Shown piece by piece: positions 21,937 through 34,507 of a stretch of DNA of 56,012 nt (position 1 is its first letter; the number at the start of each line of letters is the position of its first letter). The notes beneath the pieces were generated by a model that worked only from the letters and a program-made list of their open reading frames with translations, did not search any database and had not been told where the DNA came from. Source of the DNA: Betaproteobacteria bacterium (GTDB lineage Bacteria; Pseudomonadota; Gammaproteobacteria; Burkholderiales; SG8-41); NCBI GenBank assembly GCA_031399805.1, contig JANNPG010000153.1, forward strand, positions 1 to 56,012, read 5' to 3'. A program made the position numbers and the translations under genes.

Positions 21937-23274
21937 ATGCCAGCAGCGCAAACTATAGCAGACCGCGGCACACGTCTACTGTCGACGAATTCATCGGCGC
22001 ACGCGCTTGCACAGCGGCTGCGTGATGCGCGCGCACGCACGTTGTCGCTGGCGTCCGCTCTCACGAACGAACAATTGCTGGGCCCCCGACTGGTCATCGT
22101 CAACCCTCCATTGTGGGAATTCGCGCACGTCGCCTGGTTTCAGGAGTACTGGTGCCTGCGTTACCGCGGCGACGACGATGTTGCGGCGTCCGCGGTCAGC
22201 GGCGCGGACACGCTGTACGACTCGGCGCTGGTGGCGCATGCCGCGCGCTGGAACTTGCCGCTATTGCCTTTCAATGCGGTCCTGCGCTTTCTCGATGCCG
22301 TGTTGCAGCGCGTGCTGGAGCGGCTCGCGCGCGAGCCCGGCAATCCGGCGCTGCGTTACTTTGCCGAACTGGCTGCGGCGCACGAAGAAATGCACTGCGA
22401 GGCGTTTACCTATACGCGCCAGACGCTAGGCTACGCGGGGCTGCGCGCAGGCGGTGCAGTTGCCGCTGCCGGCAGTGCGTGCACGGGCGACGTTACGCTC
22501 GACGGGGGCGAGTTTCTGCTGGGTACGCGGCGCGACGGGAGTTTCGTCTTTGACAATGAAAAATGGGCGCATCGCGTAATGCTCAAGCCCTATTCGCTTG
22601 CGCGCGCAGTGGTGACTAATGATGAATTCGGCGCGTTTGTCGATGATGGCGGTTACCGGCGGCGCGATTTGTGGTGCGCCGATGGCTGGCAATGGCGGGA
22701 GAATGCCGGTGCTGAAGCGCCGGTATACTGGATAAAGCAGGGCGCGCTATGGCTGCATCGCGTCTACGCTGAAGTCGTGCCGCTGCCGCCACATGCGGCG
22801 ACAGTCCACGTCAACTGGTATGAAGCCGATGCCTGGTGCCGCTGGGCGGACCGCCGCCTGCCCACCGAGGCGGAATGGGAATACGCGGCCGCCGCGTCTC
22901 CCGGCACTGCGCGCGACGACATTAAACGCGTTTTTCCGTGGGGTGACGAAATTCCCGGCATGACGCACGCTAATCTGTACGGCGTGTGCGATGCGGTCGC
23001 GCCCGTCTCGGCATTCGCGGCGGGCGACAGCGCGTGGGGTTGCCGCCAGATGATGGGTAATGTATGGGAATGGACCGCGGACTGGTTCAAGCCGTATCCT
23101 GGTTTCGAGCGCGATGCCTACAAGGAATACTCGGAGCCGTGGTTCGGCGATCACAAAGTCCTGCGCGGCGGATGTTACGCGACGAGCGCGGCATTGCTGC
23201 GCAACACTTGGCGCAATTTCTATACGCCCGACCGGCGCGACGTATTCGCCGGTTTCCGGAGCTGCGCGCCATGA
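21937..23274 (+). CDS. EgtB/SenA-like non-heme-iron sulfoxide/selenoxide synthase (DinB-like N-domain plus FGE-sulfatase C-domain)
   Basis: The metal triad context is present (WEFAHVAWFQEYW and AAHEEMHCEAFTYTRQTLG). The C-terminal GNVWEWTADWFKPYPGF...VLRGGCYAT...RNFYTPDRRDVFAGFRSC is typical of this family. Confidence 0.8.
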   Translation: MPAAQTIADRGTRLLSTNSSAHALAQRLRDARARTLSLASALTNEQLLGPRLVIVNPPLWEFAHVAWFQEYWCLRYRGDDDVAASAVSGADTLYDSALVAHAARWNLPLLPFNAVLRFLDAVLQRVLERLAREPGNPALRYFAELAAAHEEMHCEAFTYTRQTLGYAGLRAGGAVAAAGSACTGDVTLDGGEFLLGTRRDGSFVFDNEKWAHRVMLKPYSLARAVVTNDEFGAFVDDGGYRRRDLWCADGWQWRENAGAEAPVYWIKQGALWLHRVYAEVVPLPPHAATVHVNWYEADAWCRWADRRLPTEAEWEYAAAASPGTARDDIKRVFPWGDEIPGMTHANLYGVCDAVAPVSAFAAGDSAWGCRQMMGNVWEWTADWFKPYPGFERDAYKEYSEPWFGDHKVLRGGCYATSAALLRNTWRNFYTPDRRDVFAGFRSCAP

Positions 23275-24062
23275 AGCAGGTATCCTCGACCGACAACGTT
23301 CATTTCAAGTCACTGCTGGCGCTTGCGCATTCGTCGCGCGAACGCCGGGAACGCGGGCTGTCATTGCTCGACGGGATCCATCTGGTCGCCGCGTATCGCG
23401 CTCACGTCGGTGCGCCTGCCGAGATCGTTGTCAGCAAATCGGGTCTCGACAATGCTGAAATAAAGACCTTGCTCGCGGCGCTTGCGCCGCGCGATCCGCT
23501 GGTGTTGAGCGACGCGTTATTCAAGCAATTGTCGACAGTCGAGACGCCTACCGGCGTGCTCGCCACGGTGGCGACGCCGCGCCCGCTCGCGGCGCCTTCG
23601 CGCATGGATGCATGCGTCATGCTCGAAGACATCCAGGACCCGGGAAATCTGGGCTCCATACTGCGCTCGGCGGCCGCAGCCGGGGTGAAACACGTAATAC
23701 TTTCAAAGCATTCCGTTCATGCGTGGTCGCCGCGAGTGCTGCGCGCGGGCATGGGCGCGCATTTCATGCTGCAGATTTACGAACAGTGCGATCTATTGGC
23801 GCTCGCGCGCGATTTCAAGGGGAAAGTCGTCGCGACCCGTCAGCGTGCGAAAAGCACGGTTTTCGATACGGACGTTACCGGCAGCGTGGCATTCGTTTTC
23901 GGCAATGAGGGGGCGGGACTGTCGCTGGCCCTTGCCGACGCAGCGCACCAGCTTGTGGCCATCCCGATGCCGGGGAAAGTCGAATCGCTGAATGTCGCCG
24001 CCGCCGCCGCAATCTGCCTGTTCGAGCGCGTGCGTCAGCAGTACGCGGCAACTGGCAGCTAG
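23271..24062 (+). CDS. TrmH/SpoU-family RNA 2'-O-methyltransferase
   Basis: SPOUT motifs [30 protein letters not shown] and [20 protein letters not shown] overlap with the upstream stop codon. Confidence 0.85.
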   Translation: MKQVSSTDNVHFKSLLALAHSSRERRERGLSLLDGIHLVAAYRAHVGAPAEIVVSKSGLDNAEIKTLLAALAPRDPLVLSDALFKQLSTVETPTGVLATVATPRPLAAPSRMDACVMLEDIQDPGNLGSILRSAAAAGVKHVILSKHSVHAWSPRVLRAGMGAHFMLQIYEQCDLLALARDFKGKVVATRQRAKSTVFDTDVTGSVAFVFGNEGAGLSLALADAAHQLVAIPMPGKVESLNVAAAAAICLFERVRQQYAATGS

Positions 24063-24097
24063 GGAAGCTGTGGGCAAGGTTTTCGGTCTCCTCTGAA

Positions 24098-24673
24098 GTG
24101 GGGAATATACAAGGGGGCGTAGCCCGCTTGTTCAGAGGCGGCCTAGTAAACGCGGCCGGCGAGTCGGTGCGCATGGACGCGGTGCCGGAAGTTGAACGAC
24201 AGCGTTTTTCGATCGGCGACGCGGATATTGAAGAACTCGCGCGCTACGCGCTGATCATCGAGCAGCATGCGGCGGGCTATGCGAATCCGGTAACGTTTTA
24301 TGTCAAAAAGCTGGTCGAAGGTGTCGCGACGCTGGGTGCGGCGTTCTGGCCGAAGCCGGTGATCGTGCGCCTGTCGGATTTCAAATCGAACGAATATTCG
24401 AGCCTCACCGGCGGGTCAAAGTACGCGCCGCACGAAGAAAACCCGATGCTCGGCTTTCGCGGCGCGTCGCGCTATATCGCGGCCGGTTTCCGTGACTGCT
24501 TCGAGGCAGGCAAGTACGTCGGCATCTGCGGGCAGGGGCCGTCGGATCATCCGGATCTCGCGAAGTGGCTCATGGAGGAGGGCATCGGCAGCCTGTCGCG
24601 GAATCCCGATACCGTGGTCGAAACGTGGCTCTACCTCGCGGGTGAGGTCAAGAATGCCGCTGTGGCGGGCTAA
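24098..24673 (+). pseudogene. ppsA: Relic of phosphoenolpyruvate synthase (ppsA): three in-frame fragments of a roughly 790-aa enzyme
   Basis: [22 protein letters not shown] matches the end of the ATP-grasp domain. [38 protein letters not shown]...[14 protein letters not shown] matches the start of the PEP-utilising domain. [39 protein letters not shown] matches the extreme C-terminus. The phosphohistidine domain and about 150 aa of the TIM barrel are absent. Confidence 0.8.
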
Positions 24674-24723
24674 TCCGGCTGGCAGCCGCGCGCGAATTTC
24701 ATTGAGTGCGCGGGCGGAATTGA

Positions 24724-26439
<1,716 letters not shown>

Positions 26440-26445
26440 CGCGCC

Positions 26446-28724
<2,279 letters not shown>

Positions 28725-28734
28725 GCTTTCCAGC

Positions 28735-29034
28735 ATGAAACTGCTCGCCCTTGCGCTGCTGGTTCTCATCGCGCTCGTGCAGCACCCGCTTTGGCTGGGC
28801 AAGGGCAGCTGGTTGCGCGTATGGGACATCGATCGGCAGGTGAGGACACAGCGTGATACCAACCAGACGCTCAGCATGCGCAATGCGGCGCTCGATGCCG
28901 AAGTGCGGGATCTCAAGCAGGGGCTGGATGCCATCGAAGAGCGGGCGCGCAGCGAGCTTGGCATGATCAAGCGCGATGAAATCTTCTTCCAGGTGCTAGA
29001 AGCGGGGCGGGGCGGACCGGCCTCCCGGCCGTAG
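28735..29034 (+). CDS. ftsB: Cell division protein FtsB
   Basis: [27 protein letters not shown]-terminal transmembrane segment plus a coiled coil, in the conserved position downstream of eno. Confidence 0.88.
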   Translation: MKLLALALLVLIALVQHPLWLGKGSWLRVWDIDRQVRTQRDTNQTLSMRNAALDAEVRDLKQGLDAIEERARSELGMIKRDEIFFQVLEAGRGGPASRP

Positions 29035-29227
29035 ACCCTTCGCGTAGCGCGGATATGCGGCATTCGCCGCGCCCGCAAGACCCCGGTTGCCGGCCACTAT
29101 TCGAATAGAAGTCTTCAGTTGCGCGCCAATAACAATCGTGATTGAATGCCAATTGCAGCAATGCCATTAGACGGAAAAAATAAGACCTGTGCAGCCTGAG
29201 TTGCGGTCGATCAACGGAGGTTCCAAG

Positions 29228-30577
29228 ATGCGAACGAAACTGGGCGCTATGCCCGATGTGATGGTTGACAAGCTCGGCAATAGCAACGCAACCGCTTCGC
29301 CGCCCACTAACACCGCGGCGGGCATTCCCAACGACGCCAGTCGCCGGAATTTTCTCCGCCGCAGCAGTACTTTAGCGGGCAGCGCTCTTGCCGCAGGCGC
29401 GGCGGGTGTATCGCTTTCGCATGCGGCGCCGCTGGCGATACCGGACAGCAACAAAGGCTATGGCAAGCCGATTCCTGCGGACGATTACGGCATGCCGTCC
29501 AAGTTTGAATCGAAGGTACGCCGCCGCCGCACCGATGTCTTCGTAAATCGCCAGAATTTCTCGGACTGGAGCATGACGCCGCTGCAACACCAGCACGGTA
29601 TTGTCACGCCGAACGGGCTCATATTCGAGCGCCATCATAACGGCACGCCCGACATCGATCCGTCCACGCACAAGCTGGTGATCCACGGCATGGTGCGCCA
29701 GCCGCTGGAATTCAGCATGGACGACCTGATGCGCTATCCGGCGGTATCCAGGTTTCATTTCATGGAGTGCTCGGGTAACGGACTGGCCGACTGGTTAAAG
29801 AATGCTTCCACCACCGTTCAGCAGACCCATGGACTACTGTCCGGCGGCCAATGGACCGGCATCCCGGTGTCGTGGCTGCTCGATGAAGCCGGCTTGCAGG
29901 CCGGCGCGACGTGGGCGCTATTCGAAGGCGCCGACGGCTCGGGCCATGTGCGCAGCATGCCCATGAAAAAACTTCTGGATGACTGCCTGCTCGTCTATGC
30001 TCTGAACGGGGAAATGTTGCGGCCCGAGAATGGCTATCCGCTGCGCCTGTTCGTGCCTGGCTGGGAAGGTAACGTCAGCGTGAAATGGTTGCGCCGCATC
30101 AAGGTGGGCGACCAGCCGTGGCACGCCCGCAGCGAGACCGCGCGCTATACGGACCCCATGCCGGACGGCAAATGGCGCCAGTTCAGCTTCGAAATGGAGT
30201 GCAAATCGGTGATTACGCGCCCCTCCGGCGGTATGCACATAGCCCGTGGCATGCATGAGATTCAGGGCTTCGCATGGTCGGGCAATGGCAAAATCAAGGC
30301 GGTCGACGTGACCACCGATGGCGGAAAAAACTGGCAGGAGGCGGTGCTCGAAGAACCGGTCATGGACAAGTGCCTGACGCGCTTTCGTTATCGCTGGGAA
30401 TGGCAGGGCGGGCCCGCCACGATTGCCAGCCGCGCGGTGGACAGCACCGGCTATGTTCAACCGAGCGTGCAGGAACTCCAGAAGCCGCGCGCGATTGTCG
30501 GTTTTGTGCAGCACCATAATGGAATTTTCCCGTGGTCGGTCAGTGCATCCGGTGAGGTGAAAAATGCGATTGCTTAA
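29228..30577 (+). CDS. Molybdopterin sulfite dehydrogenase catalytic subunit (SoxC/SorA, sulfite-oxidase family), Tat-exported
   Basis: Twin-arginine signal SRRNFLRRSSTLAGSALAAGAAG. Sulfite-oxidase-family core (FERHHNGTP, FMECSGNG, YALNGEMLRPENGYPLRLFVPGWEGNVSVKWL). GGAGG ribosome-binding site 8 nt before ATG 29228. Confidence 0.85.
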   Translation: MRTKLGAMPDVMVDKLGNSNATASPPTNTAAGIPNDASRRNFLRRSSTLAGSALAAGAAGVSLSHAAPLAIPDSNKGYGKPIPADDYGMPSKFESKVRRRRTDVFVNRQNFSDWSMTPLQHQHGIVTPNGLIFERHHNGTPDIDPSTHKLVIHGMVRQPLEFSMDDLMRYPAVSRFHFMECSGNGLADWLKNASTTVQQTHGLLSGGQWTGIPVSWLLDEAGLQAGATWALFEGADGSGHVRSMPMKKLLDDCLLVYALNGEMLRPENGYPLRLFVPGWEGNVSVKWLRRIKVGDQPWHARSETARYTDPMPDGKWRQFSFEMECKSVITRPSGGMHIARGMHEIQGFAWSGNGKIKAVDVTTDGGKNWQEAVLEEPVMDKCLTRFRYRWEWQGGPATIASRAVDSTGYVQPSVQELQKPRAIVGFVQHHNGIFPWSVSASGEVKNAIA

Positions 30578-31151
30578 GCTTGTTTTGACGGTAACGGGAG
30601 CCCTCGTGGTCGCCGGCTGCGCGACACAGGAAATGTCGCAGCCGGTTGCCAAACCAAACGTCGCATACGGCAAGCCCATAGCCGAGGCGGATATCGCCGC
30701 GTGGAACATCGACATTCGCACGCCTGACGGTAAGGGGCTGCCGGCGGGGCGCGGCACGGTGGCGGAGGGCAAGGCAGTCTACGATGCCAAGTGCGCGGTG
30801 TGCCACGGCGCGGAGGCCAAAGGGGGTCCCGTCTATGGCACGATGGTCGGCGGTATAGGCTCGTTCAAGACCAATGCTCGCGTCCTCACGCCGGGCAGCA
30901 TGTATCCGTATGCGCCCATATTGTTCGACTACATCCGCCGCTCAATGCCGATGGACCGGCCGCAATCGATGACCGTAAACGAGGTTTACGCGGTGTCAGC
31001 GTATATCTTGCAACTTAACGGCCTGATTCCGGACAGTGCAGTAATGGACCAGAATTCTCTGGCCAGGGTGCAGATGCCTAATCGGGATGGTTTTATCGTG
31101 GATGACCGTCCGGACACGAAAGCGGTCCGTTGCATGACAAACTGCAAGTAA
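30564..31151 (+). CDS. Monoheme c-type cytochrome partner (SoxD/SorB-like), predicted lipoprotein
   Basis: Lipobox LVVAGC and a single CAVCH heme site. It overlaps the upstream gene by 14 nt. Confidence 0.8.
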   Translation: MRLLKLVLTVTGALVVAGCATQEMSQPVAKPNVAYGKPIAEADIAAWNIDIRTPDGKGLPAGRGTVAEGKAVYDAKCAVCHGAEAKGGPVYGTMVGGIGSFKTNARVLTPGSMYPYAPILFDYIRRSMPMDRPQSMTVNEVYAVSAYILQLNGLIPDSAVMDQNSLARVQMPNRDGFIVDDRPDTKAVRCMTNCK

Positions 31152-31565
31152 TCATCGATCCTGACCTGCAAGCTGGCGCGACGGTGGCCGATCAATTGCT
31201 GACGAACAGAATACCTGATCGTATGTTCGCCGCGGCCATTCTTGCGGGCGGGATGATGTCGGCATTGCTTGCGGTCGCGGCCGAGCGCAATCCGGCTTTG
31301 GAGGTCGTGCAGGCGCATCCAGGAGGCCATGCTGCGGGGCCACTCGGGTGAGTCACGAAGGGGTACGTTAACGCCTGCGTTAAGGTAAACCGCAATCCTC
31401 CGCCGCCCGATCTCAGGCAATTTTTCGCGGAGCCCGCCGCGTGCTAGACAACCTGCTCGCAGTGCCGCAAATCGCATAACGTTTGTCGTGCATCCGGCGG
31501 ACCGGTGGGCGTCCTTGCCGTGTTCTCAAATATTTTTCGCCATGTTTCTTCGCGGACTAGCCGTA

Positions 31566-31580
31566 GTTTCTTTTCGAAAC
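31566..31580 (+). promoter_or_regulatory. Palindrome GTTTC-N5-GAAAC; candidate enhancer (UAS) for the local sigma-54 activator
   Basis: GTTTCttttcGAAAC is centred about 84 nt upstream of the -24 element. The same palindrome lies about 79 nt upstream of the second sigma-54 promoter, at 45900-45914. Confidence 0.5.
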
Positions 31581-31655
31581 GCGCGGGGTGTTCGTTTTGC
31601 ATTTTGCCGAGACGACAGGGTTGCTGCAGAGCGTTGACACCGTCTATCGCAGGGG

Positions 31656-31671
31656 TGGCATGGAATCTGCA
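31656..31671 (+). promoter_or_regulatory. Sigma-54 (-24/-12) promoter of the Rieske oxygenase / ABC / folD operon
   Basis: TGGCATG-gaat-CTGCA fits TGGCACG-N4-TTGCW. It lies about 50 nt upstream of ATG 31721. Confidence 0.7.
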
Positions 31672-31720
31672 TGAGTTCATCCGGTTTTGACCGGGTGAGT
31701 GACTTACTATTGGAGGCCCT

Positions 31721-32929
31721 ATGTCGAAGAACGCCAGTCAGTGGCATCAGCAGCCCAAGTTTCCCCCCTCGCATTTCGTCGACAGTCGCATTTATACCGA
31801 TGAGCAACTGTTTCACGAGGAGCGCGAAAAGATTTTCAATAAATGCTGGATAATCGCGTGCCACGAATCAGAAGTTCCCGCAGCATTCGATTACCGTACG
31901 TTCTATCACCCCGGCGGCACGCCGCTTATCATGGTGCGCGGCGAAGACATGCGGGTGCGCAGTTTTTATAACGTCTGTCCGCACCGGGGTAACACGCTGC
32001 TCTACGACCCGGTCGGCAACGCCAAGCGCATCACGTGCATCTTTCACGCCTGGTCGTTCGACACCCAGGGCAACTGCACCGATATTTCGCGTGAAGAGCA
32101 GGGTTTCCAGAAGCGGTTTTGCAAAGCGGATACCGGATTGCGCGAAGTGCGCACGGAGGTCGGGTTCGGCGGATTCGTGTGGGTGAATATTGACGACAAT
32201 GCGTGCACGCTCGGCGAATATCTCGGTGACTCGCTTGATATGCTGCATGACAACATGTCGATGCCGCTCGAAGTGTTCCACTATCACAGGGCGATCGTCG
32301 ATACCAATTACAAGCTGTGGCACGATACCAACAGCGAGTTCTACCACGATTACATGCATTACTTTAACCGCGTGACAGGCATGCTCCAGGCGGGCTATTT
32401 CGACCGCAAATACACTGGTTATCCGAACGGACACGCGTCCGTCGGTTCAATGGAGATCAAATACGACGCGTATGAAGGCAGTCAAAAACGCGGCGTTGGC
32501 TGGCCGGGGCTTGCGCCCGGAGGCTGGATTTTGATCGATATTTTTCCGGGTATGACTTATAACCTGCGCACTTCGGTATTGCGCATGGATACATCAATAC
32601 CGCTCGGGCCAAACAAGCTGCTCATAGAATTTCGCGGCTTGGGGTTGAAGAGCGATACGCCGGAGCAGCGCGCGGAGCGCATTCGTGATCACAACATGAT
32701 CTGGGGTCCGTTCGGGCGTAACCTGCACGAAGACCTGCTGGGTGTGCATGGGCAGGGACGCGCGATGCACCCGGGCGGCGAGTTGACCTGGGTGATACAC
32801 GGTCGTGAAGAAAACATGACGATACACGACGAGGGCGGTATGCGGCATTTCTACGCCGAATGGGGTCGTCGCATGGGACGCAAGGCGTACGATCCGTACG
32901 GCGAGCGCAAGATAACCGCAGCAGCCTGA
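31721..32929 (+). CDS. Rieske non-heme-iron oxygenase, large (alpha) subunit
   Basis: Rieske motif CPHRGNTLLYDPVGNAKRITCIFHAW (CXH-X17-CXXH). Mononuclear iron motif WHDTNSEFYHDYMH. Confidence 0.9.
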   Translation: MSKNASQWHQQPKFPPSHFVDSRIYTDEQLFHEEREKIFNKCWIIACHESEVPAAFDYRTFYHPGGTPLIMVRGEDMRVRSFYNVCPHRGNTLLYDPVGNAKRITCIFHAWSFDTQGNCTDISREEQGFQKRFCKADTGLREVRTEVGFGGFVWVNIDDNACTLGEYLGDSLDMLHDNMSMPLEVFHYHRAIVDTNYKLWHDTNSEFYHDYMHYFNRVTGMLQAGYFDRKYTGYPNGHASVGSMEIKYDAYEGSQKRGVGWPGLAPGGWILIDIFPGMTYNLRTSVLRMDTSIPLGPNKLLIEFRGLGLKSDTPEQRAERIRDHNMIWGPFGRNLHEDLLGVHGQGRAMHPGGELTWVIHGREENMTIHDEGGMRHFYAEWGRRMGRKAYDPYGERKITAAA

Positions 32930-32989
32930 ACCGTAATTCCTGTCGCACGCCCGCTCGAATCGAGCGGGCGTGCGCGGAGGAGAGTGCCT

Positions 32990-33454
32990 ATGCAGCCCGA
33001 CAGAACGGCAATTGAAGAACTGGTGTATCGGTCGTGCCTTGCCCTGGACGAGAAAAACTTCAAGGGCTATCTCGACTTGTGCGAGACGGAGTTCCAATAC
33101 CGCATAACGGCGCACAGCCCGGAAATCCGCAAGGATATGACCTGGCTCGAACATGACAAACCAGGCATGCAGCTGCTATTTACCAATCTGCCGCGCCACA
33201 ACAGCGATCATTCGCCGCTGACGCGCCACGCCACCGTTTACACGGTTGAAGTCGATGCGGCACAGCATCAAGCGACCGTGGTGTCGGCGCTGCAGGTGTT
33301 CAAAACCGATCTCGATGGCGGCGCCACTGAGTTGTTTGCGGTCGGACGCTATGTCGATACGGTAACCATCAACGCGGGCGCGCCCAAGCTCCTCAAACGG
33401 GTGGTGAAGCTCGATACCCGGCAGTTCGGAATCGGTTATCACATTCCGTTCTGA
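32990..33454 (+). CDS. Ring-hydroxylating-oxygenase small (beta) subunit (NTF2/SnoaL-like fold)
   Basis: About 155 aa, with an EELVYRSCLALDEKNFKGYLDL N-terminus typical of beta subunits. GGAGGAG ribosome-binding site before ATG 32990. Confidence 0.8.
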   Translation: MQPDRTAIEELVYRSCLALDEKNFKGYLDLCETEFQYRITAHSPEIRKDMTWLEHDKPGMQLLFTNLPRHNSDHSPLTRHATVYTVEVDAAQHQATVVSALQVFKTDLDGGATELFAVGRYVDTVTINAGAPKLLKRVVKLDTRQFGIGYHIPF

Positions 33455-33466
33455 ATCGACCGCCTA

Positions 33467-34507
33467 ATGCGAATTCAGGTCAGCGCACGCAATCGCGCCT
33501 TTCAGTTCGACACCACGCCGGGTGTGAGTGTGCTGTATGCCGGTCTTGCGGCAGGCATACACCTGCCCTATGAGTGCGGCACCGGCACCTGCGGCACCTG
33601 CAAAGCCCGGTTGATCGCGGGTGAAGTGGAGGATGCGTGGCCGCAGGCCGCCGGCCGCAAAAATCTCAAGCAGCCGGGTGAATTGCTGATGTGCCAGTGT
33701 GTGGCCAAGAGCGACTGTACGCTGGAGGTGGCCAGCTTCGTCTACAACATGGATGCGGGCGCTTGCAGGCCGGCGTTTGGGCGCGGCACGGTCACGAACG
33801 CAAAGGCATTGGCGCCCGACGTGACGGGCTTCTCGCTCGAGCTCGACGCGCCCTGCGACTTCGATGCCGGCCAATTCGTGGTGATGCAGGTGCCGGGCGT
33901 CAAGGGGTATCGCGGCTATTCCATGGTGAATTTCGAGCGCGCCGCGCGCCGACTAGATTTCGTGGTCAAGAAAAAACCGGGCGGCGGGGCTTCCGAGTGG
34001 TTATTCGGCGGCGCGATAGAGGGACGCGAGGTCGATTGGTTCGGGCCGCTTGGCGCGGCGACGTTTTATCCCACGCTTGGCAAGAACATTTTGTGCATCG
34101 CCGGCGGCAGCGGCATCGCGGGCATGCTGTCGATTTTGTCGCGGGCGCGTCAGGAACATTATTTCGACCAGTACAGCGGCCACGTGTTTTTTGGCGTGCG
34201 CACCTATGCTGATGCGTTTTATCTTGACGAATTGGCTCAACTCGCAAGCCAGTTTCCGGACAACCTGCGGGCCACCGTCGCATTCTCGGATGAAGAAGTG
34301 CCGCCGGAGGCGCGGGCTGCGCACCCCGCGCTTACCTTCGACAAGGGGCTGGTACACGAAGTCGCGGCGAAACACATGCACGGCAAGTACCAAAACCTGC
34401 GCGCCTATCTGGCAGGGCCGCCCCCCGCGGTCGATGGCGCCATTCGCATGTTGTTGCTGCAGGCCAAGCTTACCGCGGATAATATCCGCTACGACAAGTT
34501 TAGTTGA
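33467..34507 (+). CDS. Oxygenase reductase: plant-type [2Fe-2S] ferredoxin domain plus FAD/NAD(P)H ferredoxin-reductase domain
   Basis: CGTGTCGTCKARL...C cluster motif, RGYSMVN flavin motif, and CIAGGSGIAGM NAD motif. Confidence 0.88.
   Translation: MRIQVSARNRAFQFDTTPGVSVLYAGLAAGIHLPYECGTGTCGTCKARLIAGEVEDAWPQAAGRKNLKQPGELLMCQCVAKSDCTLEVASFVYNMDAGACRPAFGRGTVTNAKALAPDVTGFSLELDAPCDFDAGQFVVMQVPGVKGYRGYSMVNFERAARRLDFVVKKKPGGGASEWLFGGAIEGREVDWFGPLGAATFYPTLGKNILCIAGGSGIAGMLSILSRARQEHYFDQYSGHVFFGVRTYADAFYLDELAQLASQFPDNLRATVAFSDEEVPPEARAAHPALTFDKGLVHEVAAKHMHGKYQNLRAYLAGPPPAVDGAIRMLLLQAKLTADNIRYDKFS

Noticed and set aside
29035-29227. I searched upstream of the sulfite dehydrogenase genes for a sigma-54 promoter like those of the two island operons.
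   Set aside because: There is no TGGCA-N6/7-TGC match with correct spacing on the plus strand. The TGCCAATTGCAGCAATGCCA stretch does not fit -24/-12 spacing in either orientation.
31130-31351. 73-aa ORF starting inside the cytochrome c gene. An internal ATG would give a 42-aa peptide with one hydrophobic stretch (MFAAAILAGGMMSALLAVAA...).
   Set aside because: It has no ribosome-binding site, no coupling to a neighbouring gene and no recognisable family. It lies in the 570-bp regulatory gap, so I cannot support it as a gene. It would be worth a look only if ribosome profiling data exist.
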